A stretch of DNA of 61,395 bases, filler included, from Globobulimina sp. (Eukaryota): the NCBI GenBank assembly GCA_003354225.1. It is 16 parts of 16 records of this genome, joined end to end, with 100 filler letters (N's around TTAATTAATTAA, not from the genome) between each part and the next. Parts side by side here need not be neighbours in the genome. Positions count along the whole stretch, not along the records: positions 11,550 to 15,297 come from PIVH01002162.1; positions 15,398 to 19,144 come from PIVH01002163.1; positions 19,245 to 22,989 come from PIVH01002164.1; positions 23,090 to 26,834 come from PIVH01002165.1; 12 more parts are not named here. One strand, given 5' to 3'. Each line of letters starts with the position of its first letter. The first letter of the stretch is position 1. The translations under genes were made by a program, and so were the position numbers. The notes under the pieces are model-generated. The model made no database searches. It was not told where the DNA came from and saw only the letters and a program-made list of their open reading frames with translations. This document shows, one piece after another, positions 11,938 to 26,100 of this stretch.

Positions 11938-14137
11938 TCAATTGAAATTAAACATATTTTGTAATCTTGTAATCAGAGCCGGAGTGGATCTGTCATCGTT
12001 ACTCGCAAGTCTTCTTCTTCTTGCATTACAATTCTGTTTGACGTTATTTAATCGCCTCCACATAACAGCACAATTCCTGGCAGTCACATCATTCACAGTT
12101 TCTTCAACTGCTCCACATTTGCTTTCATTTTCACCTTCCCAGGAAACTATATACGTTGTGTTTGATGAACAGTTATATGAATTGATTTGTGCCCACATTG
12201 ATCCTACCGAAGCTAATGTGTTTTGCACAGCATTATATTCCTTACTTCGATCCTGTAACACTGCCCATAATTCACTCACTTTTCTACTTTTGAATGCAGC
12301 AACATTACATGCTTCAATTTTACCCGTCTCAATATTATACAATGTAAACTCACCTTGTTGAAATTGACCAAAACTCGCATTGTTTATTGTCGTCGTATTA
12401 TCCAAAGCATCCAAGCACTCTGATCTGAATAAAATATTCCCGCGCTTTCTATTTGGCGCAGTAACCTGCGGATTGTACCAATTGTCGAAAAATGTTTGAT
12501 TTGGAGTGGAATATGAATTTTGGTCGTCATGGCCCACGTATGTGTTTCTTGGAGGCAAAGCAGATATTTGTGATGCAATGGGACATGATTCATCCACAGA
12601 ATAAGAACCATTCACAATAAGCTTCCATGGTTTCTTTATTATCATGGAAGCGAAAAAAGTTTTTTCTGGATAGTCCACAGAAAAATCATCACCACATAAT
12701 CTCATGGAAATTAACTCCGTTCGTTTTTCATAGTTCCCATTGCACAAATCATCACATGCACATTTTATATCATCCCATATCTGCAAACTAGAATGATCAG
12801 AATCAGAATAATTATGTGATATATTTGCGATGTCTGTAAAAATATTATAGCAATCACTGATATGTACCATTTCATTATAATCACAATAACTGGTGGGAGT
12901 TTGTAAATTGTTTAATACGTTTTCAATATAGCCACCAATTATAAATGTTGGTGTTTTCAATCCGCCTTCATTCATCGATGATTTTCTTCCTCTTAAAGGT
13001 AGCGCACTGCCAAGATCTCCGGGACCATTGTCAGAGGTAATAACTATAACAGTATCGTCATACAATCCCATTGCTTTTGTTTGATTTATAATCTCTTCAA
13101 TCTTTTCTTGAGCATACAAGACAGCTCTACAAAGTAGCTGGGTATCAGGCGACAATGTGGAGATATTACAAATATCATAATCATAAACAAAGTACGGACT
13201 CAAAGGAGGTGGTTCAATCAACCGTCTGTGCGGAGTATGTACACTGTAATGGATATAAAACGGATTTAAAGCAGTTTGTCTACCAATAAAATCTACGATA
13301 TTTTGTGTATACAACGACTCGATATACTCTGTATTTTCAAAGTAAATTGGCACCGCATCTCCGTTATGGATACCCCAGGTATCTGACGAAGAAAACACAT
13401 TTTCGTTTTATAATGCAAGCGAAACAGAGTGTAGTTTATAATGGATAGTAATTAACAAACCATGTACTGCAAGTTTGCCATCTGGGAATAATGCGTTTTG
13501 TGTGTCAATTATTTTGCTATTACTCGTCGGATATTGGTCATGGTATGAGGTGAATTTTACCTTTGATCCACGAGCATTATAACTTGGCGTCACATACGAA
13601 TAAACGCCTTCGTCGAAACCTTTTGCACCGGGCAACGTATCACTGTATTTATAGCCAATATGCCATTTGCCTGCGATGAATGTATTATATCCATCATTTT
13701 GTAATAACTGGGTATAAAAAGTCAGATTACGTGCAACATGGCGATGTGAATGCGATACAGTCACACTGTTTATACCGGTAAGCCATGAATATTTGCCTGT
13801 AAATAATGATGACCGGGATGGAGAACATACAGCCTCACAATAATGTGAATTTAATTTAATCGCTTTATCAGATACCAATTGATCCAAAACTACGTAGAAT
13901 ATATACGTAGAATTATTATTATCGGCAATATATAATAGTGGCAAAACAAAAGAAAAAACCGCTAATAGTAAACAAACCAGGTGTTGGGTATGTTCCTCCA
14001 TTAAATCCGACGTCTGTAAAACCTAAATCATCAAACCACAAGAATATTATGTTTGGTTTCGATTCAATACTGGCTCCTTTTTGTATGAATACCGTTGTCA
14101 ATAGTAGAGCCTCACAGATAGTGGACATCGAAAGCAT
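11938..14137 (-). CDS. Secreted arylsulfatase (ARSB-like, 3 exons)
   Basis: Signal peptide, KPNIIFLWFDDLG, the formylglycine motif CSPSRSSLFTG, GKWHIG, SDNG and PLRGRK..EGG. Introns 13890-13977 and 13383-13460 restore the frame. Confidence 0.9.
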
Positions 14138-14271
14138 TTCAAGCAGAGCAACTTAAACTAGAAAAATGAACCAAAAATCTTACAAACGACTCGTGATTTT
14201 GATAATATTGAATTGATGCTATGGTTAAAGTAGAAAACTTCTTTTACAGTTTAGTTATAGATGAAAAACAG

Positions 14272-15207
14272 TTATTCCCATATTGAATCAGGTTCAGCTG
14301 GCAATGGATTGACTTGTATGCTATAATAGTTTTGAATTTCACTTAAAACTGTCTGGTCATCATCTGACACAAATGTAATGGCAACACCTTTCCTTCCATA
14401 CCTACCTGCTCTACCAATACGATGCATATATGTTTCACGGTTTGTTGGAATATCATAATTTATTACCAACGATACAGTATATACATCAATACCACGCGAT
14501 AACAAATCAGTTACAATAAGAACTCTAGTCGACCCACTTCGAAACTCCTTCATAATCAGTTCTCTCATTTTCTGGAACATATCGCCATGCATTGCACTCA
14601 CAGTGAAATCATTTTCTTTCATTTTATCAGTTAACCACATCACTTTCCTTCTGGTGTTGCAATAAATCAATGCTTGCGTTATGGTCAAACTCTCATATAA
14701 ATCCAAAATTGTCTGCAACTTATTTTCTTCTTTGCTAACTGCTACAAAATATTGTTTCATCCCTTCCAATTTTAACTGTTCTTTTTTCACCAATATTTTT
14801 AATGGATTCTTCATGTATTTATCAGTCAATGTTAATATTTCATTTGTTATCGTAGTTCCAAGCCATGCTTTTTGCACATTTGTAGGTAAAGATTTGCATA
14901 TTTCGTCAATATCGCTTTTGAATCCTCGGGACAACATTTCGTCCGCTTCATCCAATACAAATAGTTTCAGTTTATCCAATTTCAATGCACCTCTTGATAT
15001 CATGTCCTTCACTCTTCCCGCTGTCCCAACTACGACATTAATCCCATTGGTCAATGCATACACATCCTCACGAACTACAGTCCCACCGATAACGCATCGA
15101 GTTGTTAAACTATCCATATATGCACCCAATGATTGTATTACTTTTTGTATTTGTTGAGCTAATTCGCGAGTTGGTGTCATGATTAATATTTGACAGTGCT
15201 TTAGCAA
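14272..15207 (-). CDS. eIF4A: eIF4A-like DEAD-box helicase, divergent and 5' truncated
   Basis: [33 protein letters not shown] and [13 protein letters not shown]. The Q motif and Walker A are missing upstream of 15207. Confidence 0.85.
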   Translation of the reverse strand: MLKHCQILIMTPTRELAQQIQKVIQSLGAYMDSLTTRCVIGGTVVREDVYALTNGINVVVGTAGRVKDMISRGALKLDKLKLFVLDEADEMLSRGFKSDIDEICKSLPTNVQKAWLGTTITNEILTLTDKYMKNPLKILVKKEQLKLEGMKQYFVAVSKEENKLQTILDLYESLTITQALIYCNTRRKVMWLTDKMKENDFTVSAMHGDMFQKMRELIMKEFRSGSTRVLIVTDLLSRGIDVYTVSLVINYDIPTNRETYMHRIGRAGRYGRKGVAITFVSDDDQTVLSEIQNYYSIQVNPLPAEPDSIWE

Positions 15208-15523
15208 TCATTCGGTTGAATGTGGCAGCGCGATCACCGCCCGATTTAGCCGCGCAGCCATGAGATTATACGACTTTGTTGCGCAGTTGAAGCACACNNN
15301 NNNNNNNNNNNNNNNNNNNNNNNNNNNNNNNNNNNNNNNNNTTAATTAATTAANNNNNNNNNNNNNNNNNNNNNNNNNNNNNNNNNNNNNNNNNNNNACA
15401 TGCAAGAAAAAATTGAAAACGATAAGCGGATTCACATTAAATAACTAGGAACACTAAGATTTTGTAGTAAGTTTTTTTATAAAATGTCGATCAATTTCAA
15501 CTGTACAGTCCAAACGATTCTAA

Positions 15524-17198
15524 TTAATGTTGTTTTAAAGGTTGTAATAATGTGAAAGTTGAATCTGCCCATTGTCCTCCATCCGCTTGGACACCATTTG
15601 TCAAACTAATCACAACATACACAATAAATCAAAATCATACAAATTAGATAAATTAATATGGAATACACTTAACCCGATTGGAGTACAATCATCATCAGCA
15701 AATATCAGATGAGGACTATATACAAAATAACACACATTTACACATGTTATAAAACACACAATACACACAATACCTTTCTCTTCTGCTGAATATACGCGTT
15801 GTGCCATTCACGTACTTAACACTATTCCCATACGAAACACCTCCATAGATCCATTTCTTCCCATCGCTGCTAAATGCATGTCCTCCGCATATCTGCTGCT
15901 CGTTATACGGCGACATATTATGAAACAACGCATGATAATTACCGCTGCAATCAATCCACAAAAAAGGATCCTCAGCCAACAACGCAGACAGCTCTGGAAA
16001 CATTATCTCCGTTTGCTGCTTATAAGTATGTGCATCTTTCCAATTAGCCGCCGTCACCAAATGTATCTCACTGCCAGTCGACGCATTGTTTCTTCTCATC
16101 ATCCCAATAAACTCCGCATCGCTATTGATCACACCGCCCAAATCTGTATCATTAAACCCCTTCGAAAACACCACCAACGGAGCACTAAAATATGCGTTAT
16201 ACGGCGCATGATTTTGTCCAGCATACTGCATAACGGTTGTATACTGCGCTGGGTCCGGCACTTTGCAGCCAGGCGGCGTGGACCCATCAGAGCAATGGCA
16301 CTCTGCGGACTGAGTGTAATTATACGTGCTGTAATACAATACATATTCGCCGTTATTGCCGCGGATTATATGCGGTTCCGCAGCAAAATGCGAGTGTACG
16401 ACCTCTACTCTTTGGAAGGCGGAGTTGAAGCCATTCGTGGAAATGGCATGCGAGAGCACGGAATTTATAGTCCAAGAAGCTAAGCCACAGTGATTGTCAA
16501 ATTCAGTTACAAACATATGATATTTGGTATCATTGGTCCAGTTGCCTTTGGTTGAGACGATGACAGAGCCGCCCCATGAGCTCGTCGGCTTGTTATTGTG
16601 ATCGGAGTCATTGGCGACTATGTAGCCAGCCGTTGCGTCCACAGCCTCCAAATCCAAGTATCCGCATTTATAGCCTTTCCAACCTGTGTTGCAGCTACAA
16701 TTCCCGCTGTTGCTCATACACTTTCCATTTAAGGCACAGTCTGTGTTACTTTGGCAATTCCAGATTATGCGGCCGCAGTTCACCAATTGCTGCGATATCG
16801 GGGTCCATAGCGGATAGCCAAAGCGAGCAAAGCAATGATTCGCATAATCACCACCAAACGACTTTGATTTTGTGTTTGTGTGTACATGTTGGTGTGCTAT
16901 AGAAGCGAGGGGTGATTTGCTGTGGTCACAGAACTTTAGTGTGATATGTGTAGGATTCACATTTGTAGGTCGCATTGGATGCTGCTACGCATGCTTGGAT
17001 GCAGTCTTTTGTGCTGTGGGTAAGGCCTAGGAATGCGACCCATTGCGTGCTTTTGTTTGGAGCTGAAATTGCACCGTAAACGTTGTTGCAGTTTGTCTGT
17101 TCATCGACGAAATAGTCGCTAGTGTGCACTAATGCAGTAAATACACTGTAATGGAACAGGATGAACAGACTGAAGGCGAGTGGCGACGTAGTTGCCAT
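15524..17198 (-). CDS. Secreted EGF-domain plus GH43-like five-bladed beta-propeller hydrolase (multi-exon)
   Basis: Signal peptide, EGF-like CALNGKC..C.CNTGWKGYKC, then SWGG, EPH, EDPFLW and RRE.PHL. Introns 16862-16934 and 15716-15773, plus a short third intron. Confidence 0.7.
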
Positions 17199-17272
17199 GC
17201 TGACTATGAAGTGTAGAGCAAGAAAAAAGATGTATCAAAAATCGTTTTTTTTCCTGAATATTGCTGAAATCA

Positions 17273-17934
17273 ATGCATCATTTATTGAAACAAGCAGATA
17301 AACAGAGCAAATATACAGTATCTGGATATATACACAACATGGAAGCATTAAACAATTTGCAACATATTCCACCGCTGGTCGTTCAGTTATGTTTTGCCTT
17401 TTATTATAATCCAGAATTCTTTGCTAAAGCTCGTGAAGACTGTTTCCAAATATCTGACGATAGATTAACTGTAACAAATATTGCATGCTGTAATTGGCAG
17501 CATTCTATTTATTGCAACAAATGGATTGACTCAATGTCGGGTTTAACCTATAAATGGACATTCAAAGTGCTTGTGTTCGATGCAAAGGGCAACATTGGCT
17601 TTGGAATAACGACCAATCCAAACCATTTGACAAGTGATTTTTGCAGCACTTCGCTGTTAGATATGCCAAATTATGCAATATATGTTGTTGCGGGAGGATG
17701 GAAGTTTGTGCATGGTTTAGCTATTCGGGACGGCGAAGTGAATGTTGTTAACAAGTGATACTTATTTTAGATTTAAATGGAAAGACATTGTCAGTTCAAG
17801 TTGGTGATAAAGCAAAGATTGTCGTATTTGATAACATTGCGACATCTGATTCTATAAAGTATAAAATGGCGCTTCAATTGAAATCTGAGAAGGATTGTAT
17901 TGCTCTCAATGATTTTTCAATAGGTGACAATTAA
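17273..17934 (+). pseudogene. SPRY/B30.2-like protein of an expanded protist family, frameshifted near 17757
   Basis: N-terminal SGYIH...IPPLVVQLCFAFYY motif and YKWTFKV..IGFGI. The continuation ILDLNGKTLS..YKMAL is in the -1 frame. Confidence 0.55.
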
Positions 17935-18233
17935 ACATGTTTTTATTAACAATGTATATATGTGATTCCGTTGCTGTGTCAAACTAATCCAATGGAAGCC
18001 CTTTCTCATAATACTAATATTTGAAGTACGCATTGTGTTGTTTCGGAAATAATGATAAACAAATCGGATATGTTATGGATGCTGGATCAATGATATTATC
18101 GCCTGAATGATATTTTAAAATAGAAATAAATATAATTAAAGTGTTCATTTCAAGCTAGTGTGCAAGGATAAGCAGTCAAAAAAAACCGTATAAGCTACAA
18201 GAAGATAACCATACGAATGACACAATTAATTGT

Positions 18234-18797
18234 CTAAAAGCAACGATCATCACATTCAGATTCTACAGTTTGGTTTTTGACTCTTGACACATTTCCTTCA
18301 TAGTATCAACTCTCTCATTATTATTTATATTATTCCTTTGTCTGTTTGGTGTCGATCCATACGAAGATAACTGAGTAAAATGATGATTACCTACGATATT
18401 AAATGATTGATATAATGAACTTTGCTTTGCATGATATGAACCAACAGAAATAACAGAGCCTTCTTCTAAATCCTGCTCCTCTAAAACACAAAAACACGCA
18501 CATAATATACAATTTATTTATATATTTGAAATGTAAATAAATGCAGAAAGAGTGACATGCAGATAGTCAGATACCATTGAATCGGAATATTTTTTTGAAA
18601 AATGAATTGTTTGATGATTGCATTGGTGGCGTGTTGATTGAGAATGGTTCGTTTGTTTGGGATTCATCCACCGGAATATATTGGGATTCTTTGTATTTTC
18701 CATTATGAATCTTCCAGTAAAATATAAAAATACAGAATGCAAATATTAACCCAGCAATCGCAAAAGACCACCAATGTGACGGATAACTTGTGGACAT
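18234..18797 (-). CDS. Small single-pass membrane protein (multi-exon, structure uncertain)
   Basis: N-terminal TM helix WWSFAIAGLIFAFCIFIFYW followed by short candidate exons. Confidence 0.35.
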
Positions 18798-19244
18798 TAG
18801 GCCTGATGCTAAAATATATATATTTGTTTTGTGGTGTTTGTTTTTAAATAGGTTAATTATGTCTGATAGATGTTAGACCCTTTACATTTTGCAATTCTCA
18901 AAAATGTGTCAAGTAAGTGAACATATTTTGTCATATGATCTCCAATGTATGGTAAAAACAAGAAAAAATAGAACTTATAATTAATTATCAACAAAACAAA
19001 ATTGTACAGAAACACAAAAAGAAAAATCCCACACAAAATTTCATCTGATATTTTTTTTTTTTATTATTTTGCTTTGTTACTTTGAGCAGTTTACGGTGAT
19101 CCACACATTTGTTGAGTACAAGCTCCACCCTGTTTACAGTACGTNNNNNNNNNNNNNNNNNNNNNNNNNNNNNNNNNNNNNNNNNNNNTTAATTAATTAA
19201 NNNNNNNNNNNNNNNNNNNNNNNNNNNNNNNNNNNNNNNNNNNN

Positions 19245-22200
19245 CAGACCGTTATTCCTTAAGTAACTGTCGAACAAAATGAGTTTGATTTCGGTGGAGT
19301 CACCATTGGCGATTCCAAATCATTGCCCATTGAGATCGTAAATACGTCCGCTGTGTCGGCTCATTTATTCTTGGAAATGACTGCGAATAAATCGTATCCA
19401 AATGGAACATTTGATATTTTCTTTCCTAATGAATGGAGTGATTTGGCCACCGAACCCAGCAAAGCTCCCATTATTAGTCTGCCCGCGATTGAGGAGGACG
19501 AGTTGCATTCATTTATGCCATCCCAAACGAGCGTAATCTCAAACAAATCCAGTTCCAAATCGCTTGTTAATGTATCTCGTAAATCTTCGCGACGATCATT
19601 GAAATCTTCGCGACAGAATTTATTAAACATTGCAGCACAAATACCATCAGACTGCATTCGAGTGGTTCGCTCTTTGGATAATCCAAATTTATTGAATAAT
19701 AATAATAATTCAACGCAATCTTTGGCAATAAATAAGGTGAAATTAGATACGACTTTGGCAGCGAGCAAAAGTAAAAAAGCATTGAATTCGCCAATGATGA
19801 GAAGAGGCAGTTTGTTGGCAATGGGTCAGCATCTAACAATGATGAAAGATTTGGAAGAATTAGTTACCGAACAAGCAGAAAGTAAAGAGAATGGCAAAAG
19901 TAATGTTGATAATGATTCCGATACAAAAGAAGAACTACGATATAGAATATTGGTGGAACCGAGTGGCAGTTTAAAATTTAAATTGACATTCAATCCGACA
20001 CAGATTAATATTAATGAATATGATTTTGATTTAAATCTGACAATGGCTGGTCTCCCATTTGCTGATCCACACAATATAGCATTAAGGAAATGTGTGTTCG
20101 GCAATGGGTTGAAGCCACGCATTGCTTTATCAAAGCGGAATATCTCATTCTTTGATGTTACTGTTTTAAGTCCACACAAAGCGAAACAACAACCATATCA
20201 CAAATATATTATGATGACCAATCAAGAAAATAATCAAATCGAATGGCAATTTAAAATGAAGGATAATATGCATCATTCGTACAGCAACTCGATGGATAAT
20301 TCACCCTGGAAAATAGTGCCTGACTGTGGCATATTAGAACCATTGAAAACATCCCAAATTGGCATATATTTTAGTCCCATAACGGATGAATTATTTCATG
20401 ACAATGTTGATTTATTGTTAGCAGCCACTCAGACAAATGATGTATATTTATCCATTGGCTTAGAAGGACAGGCATCGTTTCCAAAATTATCATTTAATTC
20501 GGCATTCTTATTGTTACCCACTGTTCCATTAAACTGCCGATCGTCGAAACTTTTAATGATTAAGAACCACGGTTATGAAAACTTGGAAATCCGATATGAA
20601 ATAATTGACGACAAAGCAGCGCCATTTATAAATTTACGCTTTCCAAAGGGTCGCATCATGGGCGGGAATGGTCCGAATGAGTTACACGTGGAAATCTCAT
20701 TATTTTCTGCGGCAAACATCTCGTTTACGACACGCATTGATTTTTTAGATATGGATAGCAACCGATTCTCGATATTTGTAGCTGGAATGGCTGAGAATTG
20801 CATTCTATCCAATCAACCATTTCTATACAATAATGATTATTCGATCCGCGTGGAGAACAACAAAGAGAATGTCGTCTCGAAATTAAAGGTATTAAATGCT
20901 AAGAAAAAGAAAGTGCAGTTGGTTGACAATAATTTAATTCCGGATGACATCCCAACAAATATATTATGCGATATTTCTGTATTGATTCGCTATTTGGAGG
21001 CAAATTGTTATTTGAAATTCGAGTCAGATATTGATTCCTTTCCAGCTGATTTGGTGCAGTCAGACGGAAAAATGATATTTGATTTAGTTCAATTTTTGTC
21101 CGGTAAGAAAATTCCTGCATTGAAGTTAGCAGCAAATAATTATAAATCGGTCAAAAATCAAAGTCAAGAAAGCAATCAGTCGCAAATTGAGCGATTAATA
21201 CATAATTATGCGCAGTTAATAAATTTTCTGAAAGCGCACGGTGCGTTAATTACAATGAGACCGGAATATTGTTTAAGTTGCAGTCAATATATTAAATTCA
21301 TTCAACTCTCAGCCACAATGAGCTCGGCACCGCCATCCTCGTCGAATAATAATGGAAAACAGAAATTTAATCAACTAAAATCCTCCAAAGCACAGTCTGA
21401 TACACAAAAATTGAAGAAGCAGTCGGAAAGAATACATCCGATGATATCCTATGTCTGTTGGACACAATTATTATTTCAAACTATTAAATTATTTGTGTTG
21501 AATACAATTACTTTTCAAGGTTTTATTAAACAATGTGGCATTTCGGAATTGATTGAGAGCCAAAATTCTTTTATTTTAAAATATGTGTCAAATAAGAAAT
21601 TATCTGCGGAACAAAAAGAGGATTATGACGACGACGAGGAAGATGACGAAGATCACACATTAAATGAAGATCGATTGACGAAGAGTAATGTTTATAGCAT
21701 GCAAGAAAATATATTATTAGTATGGCTCTCTGCTCATTACAATAAAGTGTCCATTCGTGGAAATCAAAGATTCTTATTAAGTGAGTATGATAAAAATAAG
21801 AATGCTGCGATAATTATTCAATCGATGAAGAAATTGGGATTAAATATAGCCATAAATTGCGACGATATCACAAAACCAATTGAACGCAATATCTGTTTAT
21901 TAATATTGTATTTGTATCAACATTTGCCAAATTACAAAGAAAATAATAAAAAAAATATAATTACATTTAATGGAAATATCAATGAAGAAATCATTCGGAA
22001 AATACACATTTCAAATCCATCAAAAGTGAGCAAAATATGTTATGAAATTATACTGAAAGGTGACGAACAATTTGAATTAAAAAATTCATCATTTATTGTA
22101 TTAGCACCGTTTGGCAAGAAAGTAAAAAAGAAAAACAAGAAAAAACAAAAAAAAAGTAATAATAATTCGCGGGCATCGACAGCAACAAATAAATCTGTCT

Positions 22201-22989
22201 CATCGCAGAGTCATTTATTATTAGAGCCGGAAGCTGACGTTGTCATAGCATATAAGCCACGGTTTATTCGTCCATCCGCTGCTCGATTAACATTATTAGC
22301 AAAGCCCTTTCCCGATGCTATATTTCCCTGCAAAATCCCAGAAACCATGACCTTTGAATTGAAATCAAAATTAATCGAATCGAAACCAATTAAAACCATC
22401 CAATGCAAAGCCAAATTATACGAATCTACAAAAATTGAGTTTGAAGTAAATAATCCATTCTGTCAAGATTGCGAATTTAATGTTATTATTAAGAATTTGA
22501 TAGAAAAGGAAAAATCAGATCGAATTCCGTCGCCCTGGCATTGTGATAAAAAATCGATTAAAATTAAATCCAATGAAAGTTGTAATTTCTCAATGCAATA
22601 TTTGCCGTTTACTATGAATGGAAATAATTTGAAGAAAGATAAATGTTCCATAACTTTTATGGATACCAAATATGGCGAATTTTTATATTTTGTGATTGGC
22701 GAATCTTTGTTGCCGTCAGCCATCCAACACATTGCCTTAAAATGCAAAGATACCGAAAGCATATCGCATGAAATCAATTTTAAGAATAATATTACAAATC
22801 CGTTACTATTGAAAGCGCAAAAGATTGCAACACATAGATCACAGTTACCAGCAAATCATAAGCAGTCCTCATTGCAATCCAATCCATGCATTTATGACAT
22901 TAATGTGTCATCGCCATTCTATGTGGCACCAAAACAGTTAAAATTGTCAGATAAAACAGACGAAAATGAGGCAAGTAATGCCAGTTTAA
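19245..22989 (+). CDS. CFAP47: CFAP47-like cilia/flagella-associated protein (ASH/Ig-like plus calponin-homology domains), internal fragment
   Basis: More than 1200 aa of open frame spanning the contig. FDFG.V.IG Ig repeats, FTTRIDF.D, SNVYS.QENILLVWL..HY and LYLYQHLPNY match my recollection of CFAP47. Confidence 0.75.
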
Positions 22990-23152
22990 NNNNNNNNNNN
23001 NNNNNNNNNNNNNNNNNNNNNNNNNNNNNNNNNTTAATTAATTAANNNNNNNNNNNNNNNNNNNNNNNNNNNNNNNNNNNNNNNNNNNNTATTCGGAGAA
23101 GTTAATGATTTCTCTGCGGAAAACATCTTGCGAAGAAATAAACTCTCCGTGC

Positions 23153-26100
23153 ATGGCGTCCGCAATAACCAACTATAAAAATGTATTCAACGAACCAGCG
23201 ACCCTCGAGAACCTCTCCCACATTTTCGACATTTTAAACGAGAAAAACGATGATCGCATAGTCTTCCGTGATTTCTGCAAACATATCAAACACGTCGGCC
23301 TCAACACTATATTATCGCAAAAAGAGCAACGCAGTGTCTACGATCACATCGCTTCCGCGGTCGAAAAGAACCGCTCCATCACCAAAGAGTCGTGGACCAA
23401 AGGCATAGACATCGCGCACCAAGAACCCAACACCAAATTGCTATATCAACATATCTTAGCCGGCCGTCAGTACAACGCGCAAGCCGGCCGCGTGGAAATC
23501 GAAATGGACGAAATCAAGTCCACGCTGCAAGAGACCAAAGCACCGTGGCTGTATCGCATCGAATGTATGGAGTCACTGTGCCGGCAAATCACACACAAAA
23601 AGATGCGTAAAGATAAGCTCCATTCCATCTTCAAGCCGTACCTCATCGCCTTGACCAAACAAGCTCGCGACCGCCGTTCGAATGTCAGCAGAGTGTCTTG
23701 CGAGGTGCTCGCCAAAATAATCTTGCGTTGGAAGCACGAGTTCTTAAAGTATTCCTATACTACGATCGAGTACATCTACGAGTTGGTGCGGCAAAAGATA
23801 CAAATCGTACACGAGTCTGGCTACGCAGTGTTGGAGATATTGCTGAAAAACTGCGGCGACCACAAAGAGTATAAAATAATGGACATCTTAGGCCGCGCAG
23901 CCACGCAGTCCAAGTTTGTCAATCTGCAGGAAGACTGCTTCGATTTGCTGCATTTGTATTTGGTGCAACAGAGTGCGAAGTTGAAGAAGAAGAGCGAGTT
24001 TTGGAGCAAGTTGTTGCAGTATACGCAGAGTGGCGTGAACGATACGGCCGATGTCAGGAACAGTGCCTTGGCGCTGTTGGCCGAGATCGAGAGGGAACGG
24101 CCGCAAATGGCGGCGAAGGTGGTGCAGAAAATGGGCGTGCATTTGAAGAAACGGTACGAGAGTCAGTATCAAAATAACGGTGGCGATGACGAGAAGAGTC
24201 AGTTTAGGTTCAAGCCGAATGAAATCAATACGTCTCGGAGTCAGAGTTTGAGGAACCAGAAAAGCGTCAGTTTCAGCCCAAAGAGTTTCAGTCAGCCGAC
24301 CAGTCCGAAAATGCCAATGAGCCCCAAAAGTCCAAGGACTCCCAAAGGTCGTCGAAAAAGTAAGTCGTCGGTCAATTTTCCAGTTACGTGCGATATTTTG
24401 TTTTAGTCCTTGCACTCAGTGGTAGTCAGACCGCAGTCAGACACTTTTCACTGACAAACATGGCAAAGTCCTGTGGTCAACGCACTATGTACACATACAT
24501 AGAAACCGCCAAAAGGCGAATTCCTGAATGCATTTGGTCAGAGATTGAAGGAAAATGACATATTGTTTGCATTTCAATTTATAGACTTTAAAAATGATAG
24601 GAAAATCACATTGGATGAGTTTGAAATTTGTTGTAAACGCTTAAATGTCACAGATAAAAAAAACGCCGCTGCGTTGTTTAATATTTTAGATGAAGAAAAA
24701 ACGCAATCCGTCAATATAGAAACGTTTAAATCCAATATAAACAAACGTGATTCGGCATTAATGGATTTCTGGTATAAGGTATTAAGTGGCACACATTTGC
24801 AGCAATCGCCACTGTCCAATGACATAGATTTTGAAAATGCAAATAAATTATTGTTAAACAACAAAAATTCTCCAGACATCCGCTTAAATGCAATGTTTTC
24901 CATAACCCGCAAGATTTGTGGCTTAAAGAAATATGACAACCAACCAAAGTTTGAGGCGCAATTTAAAAAATCTTTAGGTCCGCTATTGAATCAATTAAAA
25001 GACCGAAATAACGCCATAATCCGACAAGTTTGCATCTGTTTTAGTAAAATATTTGTGGCTAAAATGGCAATGTATAAAACGTTTGCCATCCGGACGTTGG
25101 AAAATCTATCAGAATGTATAAAATTGCAAGATCAGAAAGTACATTTATCCGCTACCCAATGTGCGGCTGCGTTGATCAAATATTGTCCGGATCGCAATGC
25201 CTGTCCCTTAATGAAGGTGATTTGCAGCAATTGCTGTGCTAAAAACTTTACTTTATTACGGAGCGCGTCGTTTGAGTTTATCAATTATTATTTATTTGTG
25301 ATGCTCAAAGAGTTTGAAGACAAAAAGAAGATATTCTGGGACTATTTGGACAAGGCATTGGCGTCGGGTTTGAATGACAGCGATACCGGTGTCAGGTGTG
25401 TAAATTCGCAAAATATTGCCATGGGAACGGTATTTGTATGCATATGAAACATATATATAAAGGGATTTGGCATATATCGCATTGGTGAAAGTGGAGATGT
25501 TAAAGAAGGACGTCGCGGAAAAATATATCAATGGCTTGAAAAAATCGAGGAAGGAGAAATTTAAATCATTTAAAAAGAGTGAATTGAAGCGAGTGCGCAG
25601 TGGTGATATATACAAAGAGGTGGTGCCGACCTCTCCGAAGTCTCCAAAATCGCCCAAAGCGCAAAGGAAAATGAGCAGAAAGTTGAGTCGCAAAATGAGT
25701 CGGAAAGCGAGTAAGGCGGCGATGGCTGCGGCGGCGAGTGGCACTGACAGCGGTTATAAAATTAATAAGCGACCGAAATTTGATATATCTGACGATGAAA
25801 AAAGAGAGGAAGAACTGCGAAGACAACGGCAAAAACGAAAGGAGGACCGATTGAAGAGAGAGAAAGCGGATCGGTTTGAAAAATTAAAGTTAATGCAAGA
25901 ACAGGAGAGATTGGAGCAGGCAGAAAATGAAAAAATGGAGAAGGAAAAATTGGAAAAGGAAAGGGTGGAACAGGAAAAATTGGAAAATGAAAAAATGGAG
26001 AAATTGAAGCAGGAAAAAGAAGAAAAAGAAAGGTTGGAAAAAGAGAAGGAAAAAATGGAGGAATTAAAGAAGGAAAAAGAAGAAAAGGAAAAAATGGAGA

